Source of the DNA: a bacterium
Lineage (GTDB): Bacteria; CALINM01
Direction: 5' to 3'
Assembly (NCBI GenBank): GCA_041640455.1
Contig: JBEQAF010000060.1
Span: 1-13,294, forward strand
DNA length: 13,294 bases
Shown here: piece after piece, positions 1 to 9,319 of the stretch
Position numbering within the stretch: the first letter of the stretch is position 1
Layout of the letters: each line of letters begins with the position of its first letter
The notes under the pieces: model-generated
The model's database searches: none
What the model was told of the DNA's origin: nothing
The model's input: the letters and a program-made list of their open reading frames with translations, nothing else
Made by a program: the position numbers and the translations under genes

Positions 1-804
1 TGCGGGCTTTCTGTGCCGAGAGAGTCCATGCGTCTTGTGGGAGATAAAGACAATCCAAAGCTAATTACCAACAAAACTAAAATTGATTACACAGATCAGA
101 TGATCTCTTTTGCAAAAAAAAGGGTGAAAGAGCTTAAAAAGGAAGGACTATCTGGCTTTGTGTTTAAAAGTAGATCTCCCAGCTCAGGATTTAGAGATGT
201 AAAAATTTACGATGAAGATGGGATGCCAATATACAAGGGCTCTGGCTTATTTGCCCGTGTCTTTATGGAGGAGAACCCTTTAATACCTGTAGAAGATGAA
301 GGCAGGCTCAAAGATCCAGAGTTAAGAGAAAATTTTTTTGAGAGAGTTTTTATCTATCACAGATGGCAGATGTTAGATAGGGCAGGGATGACAAAAAAGG
401 CGCTTGTAGAGTTCCATTCCCGCATTAAGATTATCCTTCTTGCTCATAGCCCCGCTCATTATAAGGAGCTTGGTAAACTTGTTTCTAATCTTAAAGACGT
501 TCAGCTTCAAGAGCTGAAAGCGCTATACATAAAAAAGCTTATGGAAGGTTTGAGGCTAAAAGCTACAAGAAATAAAAATGTAAATGTGCTTTACCACATA
601 ATGGGATATTTCAAAAGACTTATAAGTAGTGAGGAAAAAACCGAACTGATTGAACTAATTGAGAGATATAAAAAGGAAGAGCTGCCCCTTATTGTGCCCA
701 TCACCCTTATAAATCATTATGTGAGAAAATTTAATATTGATTATCTGAAGGAGCAGGTATATCTAAACCCTGCCCCTTTTGAGTTTAGATTGCGAAACTA
801 TTGA
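1..804 (+). CDS. DUF523 (TudS/YbbK-like) + DUF1722 (YbgA-like) fusion protein, 5'-truncated by the window edge
   Basis: Frame 1 is open from base 1 (CGLSVPRESMRLVG, matching the DUF523 'CPE..CGL.VPRE..RL' motif), so the true start lies upstream of the window. Also seen: FKSRSPSSG, G.GLFA, PVEDEGRL..PELRENF, FHSRIK..LLAHSP, NVLYHIMGYFK, YL..QVYLNP. Confidence 0.88.
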   Translation, partial: CGLSVPRESMRLVGDKDNPKLITNKTKIDYTDQMISFAKKRVKELKKEGLSGFVFKSRSPSSGFRDVKIYDEDGMPIYKGSGLFARVFMEENPLIPVEDEGRLKDPELRENFFERVFIYHRWQMLDRAGMTKKALVEFHSRIKIILLAHSPAHYKELGKLVSNLKDVQLQELKALYIKKLMEGLRLKATRNKNVNVLYHIMGYFKRLISSEEKTELIELIERYKKEELPLIVPITLINHYVRKFNIDYLKEQVYLNPAPFEFRLRNY

Positions 805-2073
805 TTATCTGTTTAATGCCCTTCTGCCAATATCTTTGCGATAGTGCATGTTTTTAAAACAGATCTTTTCACAGGCTTTGTAAGCCCTGTTAATAGCATC
901 TTTTATATCTTCGCCTCTTGCGGTAACTCCAAGCACCCTTCCGCCATCGGTAAAGATTTTTCCATCCACAAGCTTCGTCCCTGCATGAAATACATAAACA
1001 TCTTCATCATCAATCTCAGATAGTCCTTTTATCTCAAAGCCTTTTTCATAACTGCCTGGATAGCCGCCTGAAGCCATTACCACACAAACAGCTGACTTTT
1101 CTTCCCATAAAAGATACTCGTTTTTCAGATATCCGTCCACGCATCCCATAAGAACAGGAACAATGTCGTTTTTTATTCTAAAAAGAAGCGGCTGAGCCTC
1201 TGGATCGCCAAAGCGCGTATTAAACTCACGTACATAGGGCTCTCCATCTTTAATCATAAGTCCAGCATATAAAACGCCTTTGAAAGGTGTGCCTTCCTCG
1301 TTCATCCCCTTTATTGTAGGGTAGATTATTTTGTTCATTACCCTGTCAAAGACCTCCTGTGTTACAACAGGAGCTGGAGAATAAGCGCCCATACCGCCTG
1401 TATTGGGACCCTCATCATTGTCAAAGATTCTTTTGTGATCCTGAGAAGAGTCCATAGGAATTATGTATTCCCCATCAGTAAATACAAGAAAAGATGCTTC
1501 CTCGCCCTCAAGGCAGTCTTCTATGATAATCCTGTTTCCTGCCTCTCCAAATATTCTGTCAATCAGTATCTGTTTAGTAGCACTAATAGCATCGTCTTCT
1601 GTCTTGCAGATATAAACGCCCTTCCCAGCTGCAAGCCCATCAGCTTTTACTACCAGAGGAGCGCCTTTCTTTTCAATATAGCGCTTAGCGGTATCAAAAT
1701 CTGTAAACTCCTCATAATCTGCGGTAGGCACGCCATACTTTTTCATAATAGCCTTTGCAAAGGATTTACTACCTTCAAGAAGAGCAGCTTTTTTATTGGG
1801 TCCGAATGCTTTTATACCGAGCTCTTCAAGTCTATCAACTATACCAAGATTTAAAGGCGCTTCTGGTCCAATCACCACAAAATCTATCTTTTTTTCCTTG
1901 CAAAAGTTTACAAGACCATCTATATCCTCAGCCTTTATGGGAATATTTGTCCCCAGTTGAGCAGTCCCCCCATTTCCAGGTGCGCAGAATAGCTCTTTTA
2001 CAAGCACGCTCTGTTTTATCTTCCAGCATAGGGCATGCTCTCTACCGCCACTGCCTACAACCAGTATTTTCAT
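805..2073 (-). CDS. purD: Phosphoribosylamine--glycine ligase (GAR synthetase)
   Basis: MKILVVGSGGREHAL, APGNGG, LEGSKSFAK, VVKADGLAAGKGV, QDHKRIFDNDEGPNTGGMGAYSP, EFN.RFGDPE, GGRVL, YRKDIG. GGAGG RBS 8 nt upstream. Confidence 0.99.
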   Translation of the reverse strand: MKILVVGSGGREHALCWKIKQSVLVKELFCAPGNGGTAQLGTNIPIKAEDIDGLVNFCKEKKIDFVVIGPEAPLNLGIVDRLEELGIKAFGPNKKAALLEGSKSFAKAIMKKYGVPTADYEEFTDFDTAKRYIEKKGAPLVVKADGLAAGKGVYICKTEDDAISATKQILIDRIFGEAGNRIIIEDCLEGEEASFLVFTDGEYIIPMDSSQDHKRIFDNDEGPNTGGMGAYSPAPVVTQEVFDRVMNKIIYPTIKGMNEEGTPFKGVLYAGLMIKDGEPYVREFNTRFGDPEAQPLLFRIKNDIVPVLMGCVDGYLKNEYLLWEEKSAVCVVMASGGYPGSYEKGFEIKGLSEIDDEDVYVFHAGTKLVDGKIFTDGGRVLGVTARGEDIKDAINRAYKACEKICFKNMHYRKDIGRRALNR

Positions 2074-2081
2074 AATTCATA

Positions 2082-2086
2082 CCTCC
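2082..2086 (-). promoter_or_regulatory. Shine-Dalgarno (GGAGG) of purD
   Basis: Minus strand reads GGAGG-TATGAATT-ATG. Confidence 0.8.
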
Positions 2087-2095
2087 ATAAATGTT

Positions 2096-4642
2096 CTATT
2101 TTGCTGCGTCAAACCAGTTTCTTCCGACGCCTACTTTTACCTCTAACGGCACTTTAAATTTTACAACCTGCTCCATGCATTCTTTTACAATATTTTTTGC
2201 CATTTCTATCTGGTTTTCAGAAATCTCAAGGAGTATCTCGTCGTGAACTTGCAGTAACATTTTAAAATCAATGTTATTTTTTTGTAAAGCCTTATATACA
2301 TCAATCATGGCTTTTTTTACTATGTCTGCTGCTGTCCCCTGAAGAGGGGTGTTTAAAGCAATTCTTTCAGCATTGTTTCTAACCAGATGATCTGGAGAAT
2401 CTATCTCATAAAGATATCTTTTCCTTCCAAAGTAGGTCTTTACGTATTTATGGCTTCTGGCAAACTCGATGAGTCCATCTCTAAACTCTCTCACTTTTTT
2501 ATAGTTTTCAAAGTACTTTTTTATAAAAAGCTCTGCCTCTTTCTGGCTAACTCCCAGCTCTTTGCTTAAAGAGAAAGATCCCATCCCATAGAGAATACCA
2601 AAGTTTATGGTTTTTGCCTGACGCCTCATATCTTTTGTAACCTTATTCGGGCTTGTTTCGAATATTTTTACGGCTGTAGCTGTGTGAATATCTCTACCAG
2701 CTAAAAAATCTTCTATAAGATTCTCATCGCCTGACATCTGAGCAAGCACTCTTATCTCAATCTGAGAATAGTCGGCAGAAAGCAGAAGATAACCATCGTC
2801 GGCTATAAAGGCGCTTCTTATCTTTTCTCCCCAATCAAACTTTATGGGGATGTTCTGTAGATTGGGATTGCTGCTCGAAAGTCTGCCAGTTGCGGTAAGG
2901 GTCTGGTTAAAGGTTGTGTGAATTCTACTGTCTTTGTCAACATAGTCTGGAAGTACATCCACGTAAGTGCTTTTGATCTTTGATAGGTTTCTGTATTCAA
3001 TAATGAGTGGGATTACAGGATGCTCACTAAAAAGCTCGAGGAGTACATCCTGAGCCGTTGAGTCTGAGCGGTTGCCCTTTTTTATTCTTTTAATGTTAAG
3101 ATGTTCATAAAGCACCTGTGATAGCTGTTTAGGCGAGTTGAGATTAAACTGCACCCCTGCAACATTGAAAATCTTTTCCTGAAGTGATCTTATCCGTTCT
3201 TCAAGCTCAAGATTAATTTTTTTAAAATGGTTTATGTCCAGCTTTATCCCCCAGATCTCCATCTTAGCAAGGATTTTACTTAAAGGATATTCAATCTGCT
3301 CGTATAGTTTTAAAAGCTCCAATTCCTGCCCGATCTCTTTTTCTAACCTGTTGGCGATGGAGGGTACAAATTTCAGAAGGAAAGACCTTTTATCAATATC
3401 TTCCTGAAAAAGCTGGTTTTCAGCACCTTTCGGCTCGGGAACAAATCCCAGATTGTCCTTTAAAATGTCTTCAAGACTGTGAACGTGATTTGCATTAGGA
3501 TAAACGAGATAGGAGTAAAGAGAAAGGTCTATAAAATCTATCTCTGACATATTAATTGATGAAAGATATTTAAAAATGTTTTTACCTTCAAAGCTATATA
3601 AATTTTTTGAATTTATTGAAGAAAAAATGCTTTTTATCTCATCTTTTCTTGCTGTAAATATTTTTTCACCATCCTGAGTCAGGAAAAGAACTGGCTGATT
3701 GTCTTCACTGGATAATAAAAAGAAAGTTTTTTGAGATGGGATAGCTTTCCAGTTTTTATAGCTAAGAATTTTAGGTGGTGAAAGGTCTATCCCTTTGTTT
3801 ATCTCAAACTCACTTATAAAATCAAAAAAGTTAAGCTCCTTCAAAAGCTCTCTAAGCTCTATCTCTTTGGGTTCCCTTATTTTAAAATTATCAAGCTCAT
3901 ATTTATCTAAGTCTGTAATCTTAAGGGTGCATAGACTTTTGCTTAAAAAAGCCATATCTTTCTGCTGGATCAGAAGCTCCTTTACCTTACCCTGAATCTC
4001 GTTAATATGACTGTAAACTGATTCAAGCGTTCCAAATCTTTCAACTAATGCCCTTGCTGTCTTTTCTCCTATCCCCTTGATTCCAGGAATACCATCTGAT
4101 TGATCTCCTGCAAGGGCAAGATAATCGGTTATATAATCAGCCTGTATGCCAAGTATCTCATAGACCTTTGCACGATCTATGAAAATATCCTTCTGGGGAT
4201 GCCAGATCTTTACATTTTCATCAATCAACTGAAACAGGTCTTTGTCTGCGGTGGTTATAACTATGGGAAGCTCTGATTTAAAACGTCTTACAAGACTGGC
4301 TATAAGGTCATCTGCTTCAAGCCCATCCTCCACAAGTACCTCTATATTAAGACTATCTAAAAGCCTGTAAACATTTGGTATCTGAATTCGTATCTCTTCT
4401 GGAAGCGGGGGTCTTTTTATCTTATACTGGTCATACATCTCTGTTCGGAAAGTTTTTCTTTTTGAATCAAATATTACTACAATATGGGAAGGTGTATGTT
4501 CCTTAAGTATCTTGGTTAACATTTTTAAAAAGCCAAAAACCACCCGGGTAGGAAAGCCTCTTGAGTTAGATAGATAGGGCAGGGCGTAGTAAGCACGGTA
4601 AAGGAATGCACTTCCGTCTATTAGATATAGTTTCTTCTGCAT
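2096..4642 (-). CDS. polA: DNA polymerase I (5'-3' exonuclease, degenerate 3'-5' exonuclease-like domain, family A polymerase)
   Basis: LYLIDGSAFLYRAYYA, EADDLIA, LAGDQSDGIPGIKGIGEKTA, TATGRLSSSNPNLQNIP. Motif A ADYSQIEIR, motif B RRQAKTINFGILYG, motif C LLQVHDE. Confidence 0.99.
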   Translation of the reverse strand: MQKKLYLIDGSAFLYRAYYALPYLSNSRGFPTRVVFGFLKMLTKILKEHTPSHIVVIFDSKRKTFRTEMYDQYKIKRPPLPEEIRIQIPNVYRLLDSLNIEVLVEDGLEADDLIASLVRRFKSELPIVITTADKDLFQLIDENVKIWHPQKDIFIDRAKVYEILGIQADYITDYLALAGDQSDGIPGIKGIGEKTARALVERFGTLESVYSHINEIQGKVKELLIQQKDMAFLSKSLCTLKITDLDKYELDNFKIREPKEIELRELLKELNFFDFISEFEINKGIDLSPPKILSYKNWKAIPSQKTFFLLSSEDNQPVLFLTQDGEKIFTARKDEIKSIFSSINSKNLYSFEGKNIFKYLSSINMSEIDFIDLSLYSYLVYPNANHVHSLEDILKDNLGFVPEPKGAENQLFQEDIDKRSFLLKFVPSIANRLEKEIGQELELLKLYEQIEYPLSKILAKMEIWGIKLDINHFKKINLELEERIRSLQEKIFNVAGVQFNLNSPKQLSQVLYEHLNIKRIKKGNRSDSTAQDVLLELFSEHPVIPLIIEYRNLSKIKSTYVDVLPDYVDKDSRIHTTFNQTLTATGRLSSSNPNLQNIPIKFDWGEKIRSAFIADDGYLLLSADYSQIEIRVLAQMSGDENLIEDFLAGRDIHTATAVKIFETSPNKVTKDMRRQAKTINFGILYGMGSFSLSKELGVSQKEAELFIKKYFENYKKVREFRDGLIEFARSHKYVKTYFGRKRYLYEIDSPDHLVRNNAERIALNTPLQGTAADIVKKAMIDVYKALQKNNIDFKMLLQVHDEILLEISENQIEMAKNIVKECMEQVVKFKVPLEVKVGVGRNWFDAAK

Positions 4643-4644
4643 TT

Positions 4645-6354
4645 TTATCCTTTAATAATGTAGTCCTGGATGTAAAAATCCCATTTTTTCTGACCGTTAA
4701 ACTCGTTGATTTTTGGTAAACCCACTATGTCTATCTTGCAGTTATCATAAATGCCGTTGTTCATAAGTGAAAAGCCTATGGCATTAAAAAAGCAGTTTCC
4801 CTTTTTAAGCAAAAATTTAAGATGATTTTCTTTTGAGCCCACTTTTTTTAAATTCTGCACAGCCACATCTTTTATGAGGAAAACTGGATCAGGATTGCCA
4901 AACCCAAAGGGTTCAAGCAGGTTAAGCTCTTCGAAGAAACGGCTATCTATATCTAAAACATCTATCTGGCTATCAATCTCAATGAGTTTACATAGCTTTA
5001 TCTCGCTGAACAGCTCTCTGCCAGCTGTGTCGATGAGTGAGGAAAATTTATCAAGATTCTGCCTCTCAATGGTTAACCCGCATGCAAGTTTGTGCCCACC
5101 GTACTCGTAGATTAAATGGCTCACTTTCTGAAGAAGCTCATCAAGGTCTATCCCCTCAATACTTCGCCCTGAGCCTTTGAGATAGCCATCTTCGGTATCA
5201 GTGAAGATAAAAAAAGGTCTATTGTATTTATCGGTAAGCTTTGAAGCTAATATGCCTATTATCCCCTGATGCCAGCTATTGTTGTGAAGACAATAAATAA
5301 ACCTTTCGTCCATACTCTCCACATCTTTAATAGCCTGTGTAAATGCCTTTTCTAAAAGATTCTGCCTCTTTTTATTGCTATCATTTAGAAGAGAGACTAA
5401 CTTTTTTGCCTTTTCCTCATCGGAGGTCATCAGTAGCTTAAGGGCTTCGAGGGGAGAGTCAACTCTTCCCGATGCATTTATTCTTGGCGCCATTCTAAAA
5501 GAGATACTTTTTACATCAAGTGTATCCAATAAAAGATTTTCTCTAAGAATTTTTAATCCCTTTTTTTTGGTTCTTAAAATTTCCTGCAATCCGTATTTTA
5601 CAAATATTCTATTTGGACCAGTAAGTGGTACCATGTCAGCTACAGTGCCGATAGCTACGAGGTCAAGATATTCCTTTAGATTGGGCTCTTTAAGTGCTGT
5701 AAAGACTCCAATTTTTCTTAGTTGAGAGCGCAGAGCAATAAGAAAATAGAAAGCAACCCCGCAACCAGCAAGCTCTTTAAAAGGAAAAGAGCAATCCTCT
5801 CTTTTAGGATTTATAACTGCAACAGCCTCTGGCATGGTACTCGTGGGTATGTGATGATCTGTAATTATAAAATCAATGCCAATGCTATTTCCGTATTTAA
5901 CTGCATCATGATCTCTGATACCACAATCAACCGTAATAATAAGCTTAACACCTTCGCTTTTAAGTTTTAATATGGCATTATTATTAAGCCCGTAGCCCTC
6001 CTTAATCCTGTCAGGCACATAATATGTTACATCTGCCCTGAGCTCCTTAAAAAATAAAACCATAAGGGCGCAGGCTGTAATGCCGTCTGCATCATAGTCA
6101 CCGTAAATGCAGATTTTTTCATGATTTTTCAATGCGTTAATGACACGAATTACACCTATTTCAATGTCTTTTATCAGATTGGGTGATGGAATTCTGGAAA
6201 GGGCAGGATATAAAAATTCATAAGCAGAATCCGGATTATCAATCCCCCTGTTTATGAGAAGTTGTGCTATTGGCATTTTAATATTTAGATTGATAGACAG
6301 GCTTTTTGCCAGTTCAGAATTATGGGAACGGATTTTCCAGTGAGCTGATTTCAT
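4645..6354 (-). CDS. recJ: Single-stranded-DNA-specific exonuclease RecJ (DHH/DHHA1)
   Basis: IYGDYDADGITA, PDRIKEGYG, ITVDCG, ITDHH, LAGCGVAF, GTVADMVPL..NR, PRINASGR, GSGRS, GGHKLACG, LEPFGFGNP. Stop is 2 nt before the polA start, with an AAGGA SD inside the recJ end. Confidence 0.98.
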   Translation of the reverse strand: MKSAHWKIRSHNSELAKSLSINLNIKMPIAQLLINRGIDNPDSAYEFLYPALSRIPSPNLIKDIEIGVIRVINALKNHEKICIYGDYDADGITACALMVLFFKELRADVTYYVPDRIKEGYGLNNNAILKLKSEGVKLIITVDCGIRDHDAVKYGNSIGIDFIITDHHIPTSTMPEAVAVINPKREDCSFPFKELAGCGVAFYFLIALRSQLRKIGVFTALKEPNLKEYLDLVAIGTVADMVPLTGPNRIFVKYGLQEILRTKKKGLKILRENLLLDTLDVKSISFRMAPRINASGRVDSPLEALKLLMTSDEEKAKKLVSLLNDSNKKRQNLLEKAFTQAIKDVESMDERFIYCLHNNSWHQGIIGILASKLTDKYNRPFFIFTDTEDGYLKGSGRSIEGIDLDELLQKVSHLIYEYGGHKLACGLTIERQNLDKFSSLIDTAGRELFSEIKLCKLIEIDSQIDVLDIDSRFFEELNLLEPFGFGNPDPVFLIKDVAVQNLKKVGSKENHLKFLLKKGNCFFNAIGFSLMNNGIYDNCKIDIVGLPKINEFNGQKKWDFYIQDYIIKG

Positions 6355-6372
6355 AGTGATTTAATCGAGCCT

Positions 6373-6381
6373 ATTATATCA
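6373..6381 (-). promoter_or_regulatory. Extended -10 promoter (TGnTATAAT) for the recJ-polA-purD operon
   Basis: Minus strand TGATATAAT lies 18 nt upstream of the recJ ATG. Confidence 0.55.
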
Positions 6382-6421
6382 TTAAATAAAACCGATTATA
6401 ACAGTATTTAAAAAAATTCCC

Positions 6422-6449
6422 TTTACTTTTTTTGAAATAAAGATAAAAT
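6422..6449 (+). promoter_or_regulatory. Putative sigma70 promoter for the transglutaminase-like gene (possibly leaderless transcript)
   Basis: TTTACT-N16-TAAAAT ends 6 nt before ATG 6456, and no SD is visible. The AT-rich context makes a chance match possible. Confidence 0.3.
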
Positions 6450-6455
6450 TAAAAT

Positions 6456-7046
6456 ATGCTAATTAAGAAAATCTTAGCAATCCTATTTATGTTGTCGCTG
6501 ATTTTTATTTCCGGACTTTATCTTATAAAAGAACGAAAGTCAAAGATAAATAGCTTTGAAGGTATTATGGCTATTAATCCTCAAGAATATCAGAGCCTTA
6601 TTGACCCTGATAACAGCATGCTTAAACCAGTTTTAAAAAAAATTAAAAGCGTCAAAGAGGCATATTATTTTGTAAGAGATTTTATTGACTATTTTCCAAT
6701 GGTAGCTGACGCTTCAGTTGATTTTACATTGGAAAATAGAGTAGGAAGCTGCATAGGAAAAGCAGTTCTGCTTGCGTCGTTGTACAGAGCGCTTGGAGTA
6801 GAGGATAAAGACCTGAGAATAGTTACAGGAGAGATAAGATTAAAGAATGATTTTATAGAACATGCATGGGTTGAGATAAAGATCAATAACTGTTGGTATC
6901 AGCAGGATACAACCAATCTTATTGGTAAATTTGATTTTGACGAGTTTCCCGACAGGCTTTATTCAAAAAGCTTCTGTCAGAAAGAAGGATTTTGTTTTAA
7001 TCAGACGGGATTTGCAGTAATATCTCAGCTGAATCTAATGAGATAG
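6456..7046 (+). CDS. Transglutaminase-like (Cys-His-Asp) domain protein with N-terminal membrane anchor/signal
   Basis: Hydrophobic N-terminus (ILAILFMLSLIFISGLYLI). GSCIGKAVLLASLYRALG carries the catalytic Cys, followed by HAWVEI and WYQQDTT. Confidence 0.85.
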   Translation: MLIKKILAILFMLSLIFISGLYLIKERKSKINSFEGIMAINPQEYQSLIDPDNSMLKPVLKKIKSVKEAYYFVRDFIDYFPMVADASVDFTLENRVGSCIGKAVLLASLYRALGVEDKDLRIVTGEIRLKNDFIEHAWVEIKINNCWYQQDTTNLIGKFDFDEFPDRLYSKSFCQKEGFCFNQTGFAVISQLNLMR

Positions 7047-7049
7047 CAA

Positions 7050-8327
7050 TTATTTCTCAGCGAAATCAACGATGGGCTTCATGGGAAAATTGAGCTTATC
7101 GTTAAAATAAGCCATACCGATTGCAAGTTTAATCTCTTTGATCTCACCAGGTTTAAGGTAAATGGGTCCCCACTGCAGAGATACAACCCGGTTTAACTCA
7201 TGAGAAAGAGGTTTTTTAGGATCAATTGAGCCAAACTGATTGGAAAAATAAACATTTGAAGGTGGATTTGAAGGATCCCATTCAATAAAGTTAGCAATAT
7301 TGGTATAAACATGCTGCTCACCTATCAAATCATTGCCATAATCAAAAAAACCAACAAAATGATGCTTGGTTGGATCGATCTCCTTTTCCGTGAGAACCAG
7401 CCCATCTTTTGTCCAGCCCACATCTCCTGCTGAATAACCATAATCACCTAACCAGGGTTCGTCTCCATAAATATAATAATATCCTGCCATTCTGTCACCT
7501 ATATTTTTGATCTTCATATCCAGGATAAAATATGGCTCTCCTGCTCTGAAGTAAGCAAATCTATTTATAGCGAGTGGCACACTATCAACATAGGCAATGT
7601 GACTGCTTTTTAGAATAAGACTTTTTTCATCGTTTTTTACTATCTCAGAATCAATGTATTTCCAGGTGACTGGTGAGTAAAGAACATTAGGATCTAAAAC
7701 TGATGCAAACCCTTGATTGGTAGAACACCAGATATGATACCATCTAACGCCGTCATAGTATGCCATGCCTGTATCGTTTAAAAAATCTCTGTCTGCATTG
7801 TAGCTTGTAATCGGGAGCTCTCCACCAAGAAACAACCCCTTGGGTATGGCACCATTCTCTTCCTTATATCTTGAAAAGATGTAAATGATCTTTCTATTTT
7901 CACTCAGGAGATTTCTTACAAATCCTCTTCCATTATTTATATCCCAAACATAGCTTAAGAAGGGATATTCATCCTTATCCGTGAATTTTTTAACTACAAC
8001 ATTCTCATAAAAGGGGTTAAGATCTATCTTAAACAGCATCCGATTTACTTGATCAGAGTAGATATCATTGGTAATCTCTATACCTATTCCCGATTGTTTT
8101 TTAAGCACGAAAAGACCATAATAATTATCAATAATATTTACTTCTACCAGTGAAAAGATAGTGAAAATAAAAAGAAACAAGAAAACAATTAGCTTCTTAT
8201 TAAGTATGGAAAGAAAAGCTGTGATTCTGCAAATCAGGCTGCTTATGCCTTTTTTATCAGCGCAGGACTGAGATACTAATTTTAAATTTTCATTATTTTT
8301 TTTTAAAAAATGTAATAAAATTTTCAT
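7050..8327 (-). CDS. Hypothetical membrane-anchored extracytoplasmic protein, beta-rich; true start may be downstream of 8327
   Basis: 425-codon ORF with one TM segment (LIVFLFLFIFTIFSLV) followed by an aromatic/Gly-rich globular region (WYHIWCSTNQG, YGDEPWLGDYG, ANFIEW, LQWGP). The first ~40 codons are very AT-rich and have no SD. Confidence 0.8.
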   Translation of the reverse strand: MKILLHFLKKNNENLKLVSQSCADKKGISSLICRITAFLSILNKKLIVFLFLFIFTIFSLVEVNIIDNYYGLFVLKKQSGIGIEITNDIYSDQVNRMLFKIDLNPFYENVVVKKFTDKDEYPFLSYVWDINNGRGFVRNLLSENRKIIYIFSRYKEENGAIPKGLFLGGELPITSYNADRDFLNDTGMAYYDGVRWYHIWCSTNQGFASVLDPNVLYSPVTWKYIDSEIVKNDEKSLILKSSHIAYVDSVPLAINRFAYFRAGEPYFILDMKIKNIGDRMAGYYYIYGDEPWLGDYGYSAGDVGWTKDGLVLTEKEIDPTKHHFVGFFDYGNDLIGEQHVYTNIANFIEWDPSNPPSNVYFSNQFGSIDPKKPLSHELNRVVSLQWGPIYLKPGEIKEIKLAIGMAYFNDKLNFPMKPIVDFAEK

Positions 8328-8613
8328 TATTTTTTTATTTTATTCCGTCTTATTGAGAAAATCAATAAAAAAGATAAAAGTTGTATTATTTTTGTCTAAT
8401 GATTTTAATCTTTTATTTTATAGGAAAAAATTATTTAAAAATCAGTATCTTATTTCTTTACAATGTGTTTTCGCAGACTTATATTTTTTTGTTTTTTTCA
8501 GCTTAAGAATTATGCCAAATGGCTGATTTTATAAAATTACTTTCATAATAATTTTGCCAGTTACAGAAAAAATTTTTTTGTTATAAAATTTATAAAAAAT
8601 CAGGAGAATAACG

Positions 8614-9267
8614 ATGTCTTTGACCTATGAGCTTAATCAGTGGAAATATGAAAAAAAGTGCCTAAGCACTGTTGAAAAACTTAAGGAAAATGGTTTTACA
8701 GCCTTTTATTTTCCTGAGAAAAGTCATGCTGTAAGTTATATTTTAGAAAATGCTAAAGATGCTTGCTCAATAGGAGTAGGCGGGTCGATGACCATTGCTG
8801 ACTTAGGTGTTGTCAATTTATTGACAGATATGGGAAAAACGTTATTTAATCATAACCAGCCAGGATTAACACCAGAGCAGAAGTTAGACATAATGAAAAA
8901 TGCCATGTTGAGTGATGTATATCTATGCAGTGCAAATGCCATTACAACCGATGGGTTTATAGTAAACATTGATGCTACTGGAAATAGAGTTGCAGCTATG
9001 ATTTTTGGACCAAAAAAGGTAATTCTTGTTGTGGGAAGAAACAAAATAGTGGAAGGAAATATCGATGAGGCAGTAAAAAGGATTAAAAACTGGGCATCTC
9101 CACCTAATGCAAGAAGGCTTAATTTCAAAACCCCTTGCAAAGACACAGGATTCTGTAGTGATTGCAAGTCACCAGATAGAATCTGCAGAGTAATCTCTAT
9201 AATGGAAAGAAAACCACGTCTAACTGATTTTCACGTCCTCATCGTAAACGAAGAGCTGGGATTTTAA
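8614..9267 (+). CDS. LUD-domain (lactate utilization LutC/YkgG-like, DUF1121-type) protein with C-terminal Cys cluster
   Basis: IGVGGSMT, YLCSANAITTDG.IVNIDATGNRVAAMIFGPKKVILVVGRNKIV, TPCKDTGFCSDCKSPDRICR, terminal EELGF. AGGAG RBS upstream. Confidence 0.9.
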   Translation: MSLTYELNQWKYEKKCLSTVEKLKENGFTAFYFPEKSHAVSYILENAKDACSIGVGGSMTIADLGVVNLLTDMGKTLFNHNQPGLTPEQKLDIMKNAMLSDVYLCSANAITTDGFIVNIDATGNRVAAMIFGPKKVILVVGRNKIVEGNIDEAVKRIKNWASPPNARRLNFKTPCKDTGFCSDCKSPDRICRVISIMERKPRLTDFHVLIVNEELGF

Positions 9268-9319
9268 TGGGCTTTTATGTGAAAGATGTAAAAAATAATT
9301 GCTATTCTAATGGAATGCC

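Noticed and set aside
802..807. Convergent genes abutting with zero gap (TGA/TTA)
   Set aside because: Common in compact genomes; no special structure visible.
1435..5970. Plus-strand ORFs 1435..1854, 1755..2075, 2387..2569, 3795..3995, 4874..5110, 5375..5725, 5722..5970
   Set aside because: Antisense shadows of purD, polA and recJ, with Ser/Phe/Leu-rich non-protein-like composition and no motifs.
8501..8518. Sigma54-like -24 box (minus strand TTGGCATAATTCTTAAGC)
   Set aside because: The -24 GG matches, but the required -12 GC is replaced by AA at the correct spacing.
6689..9167. Minus-strand ORFs 6689..6886 and 8850..9167
   Set aside because: Antisense to the well-supported transglutaminase-like and LUD genes.
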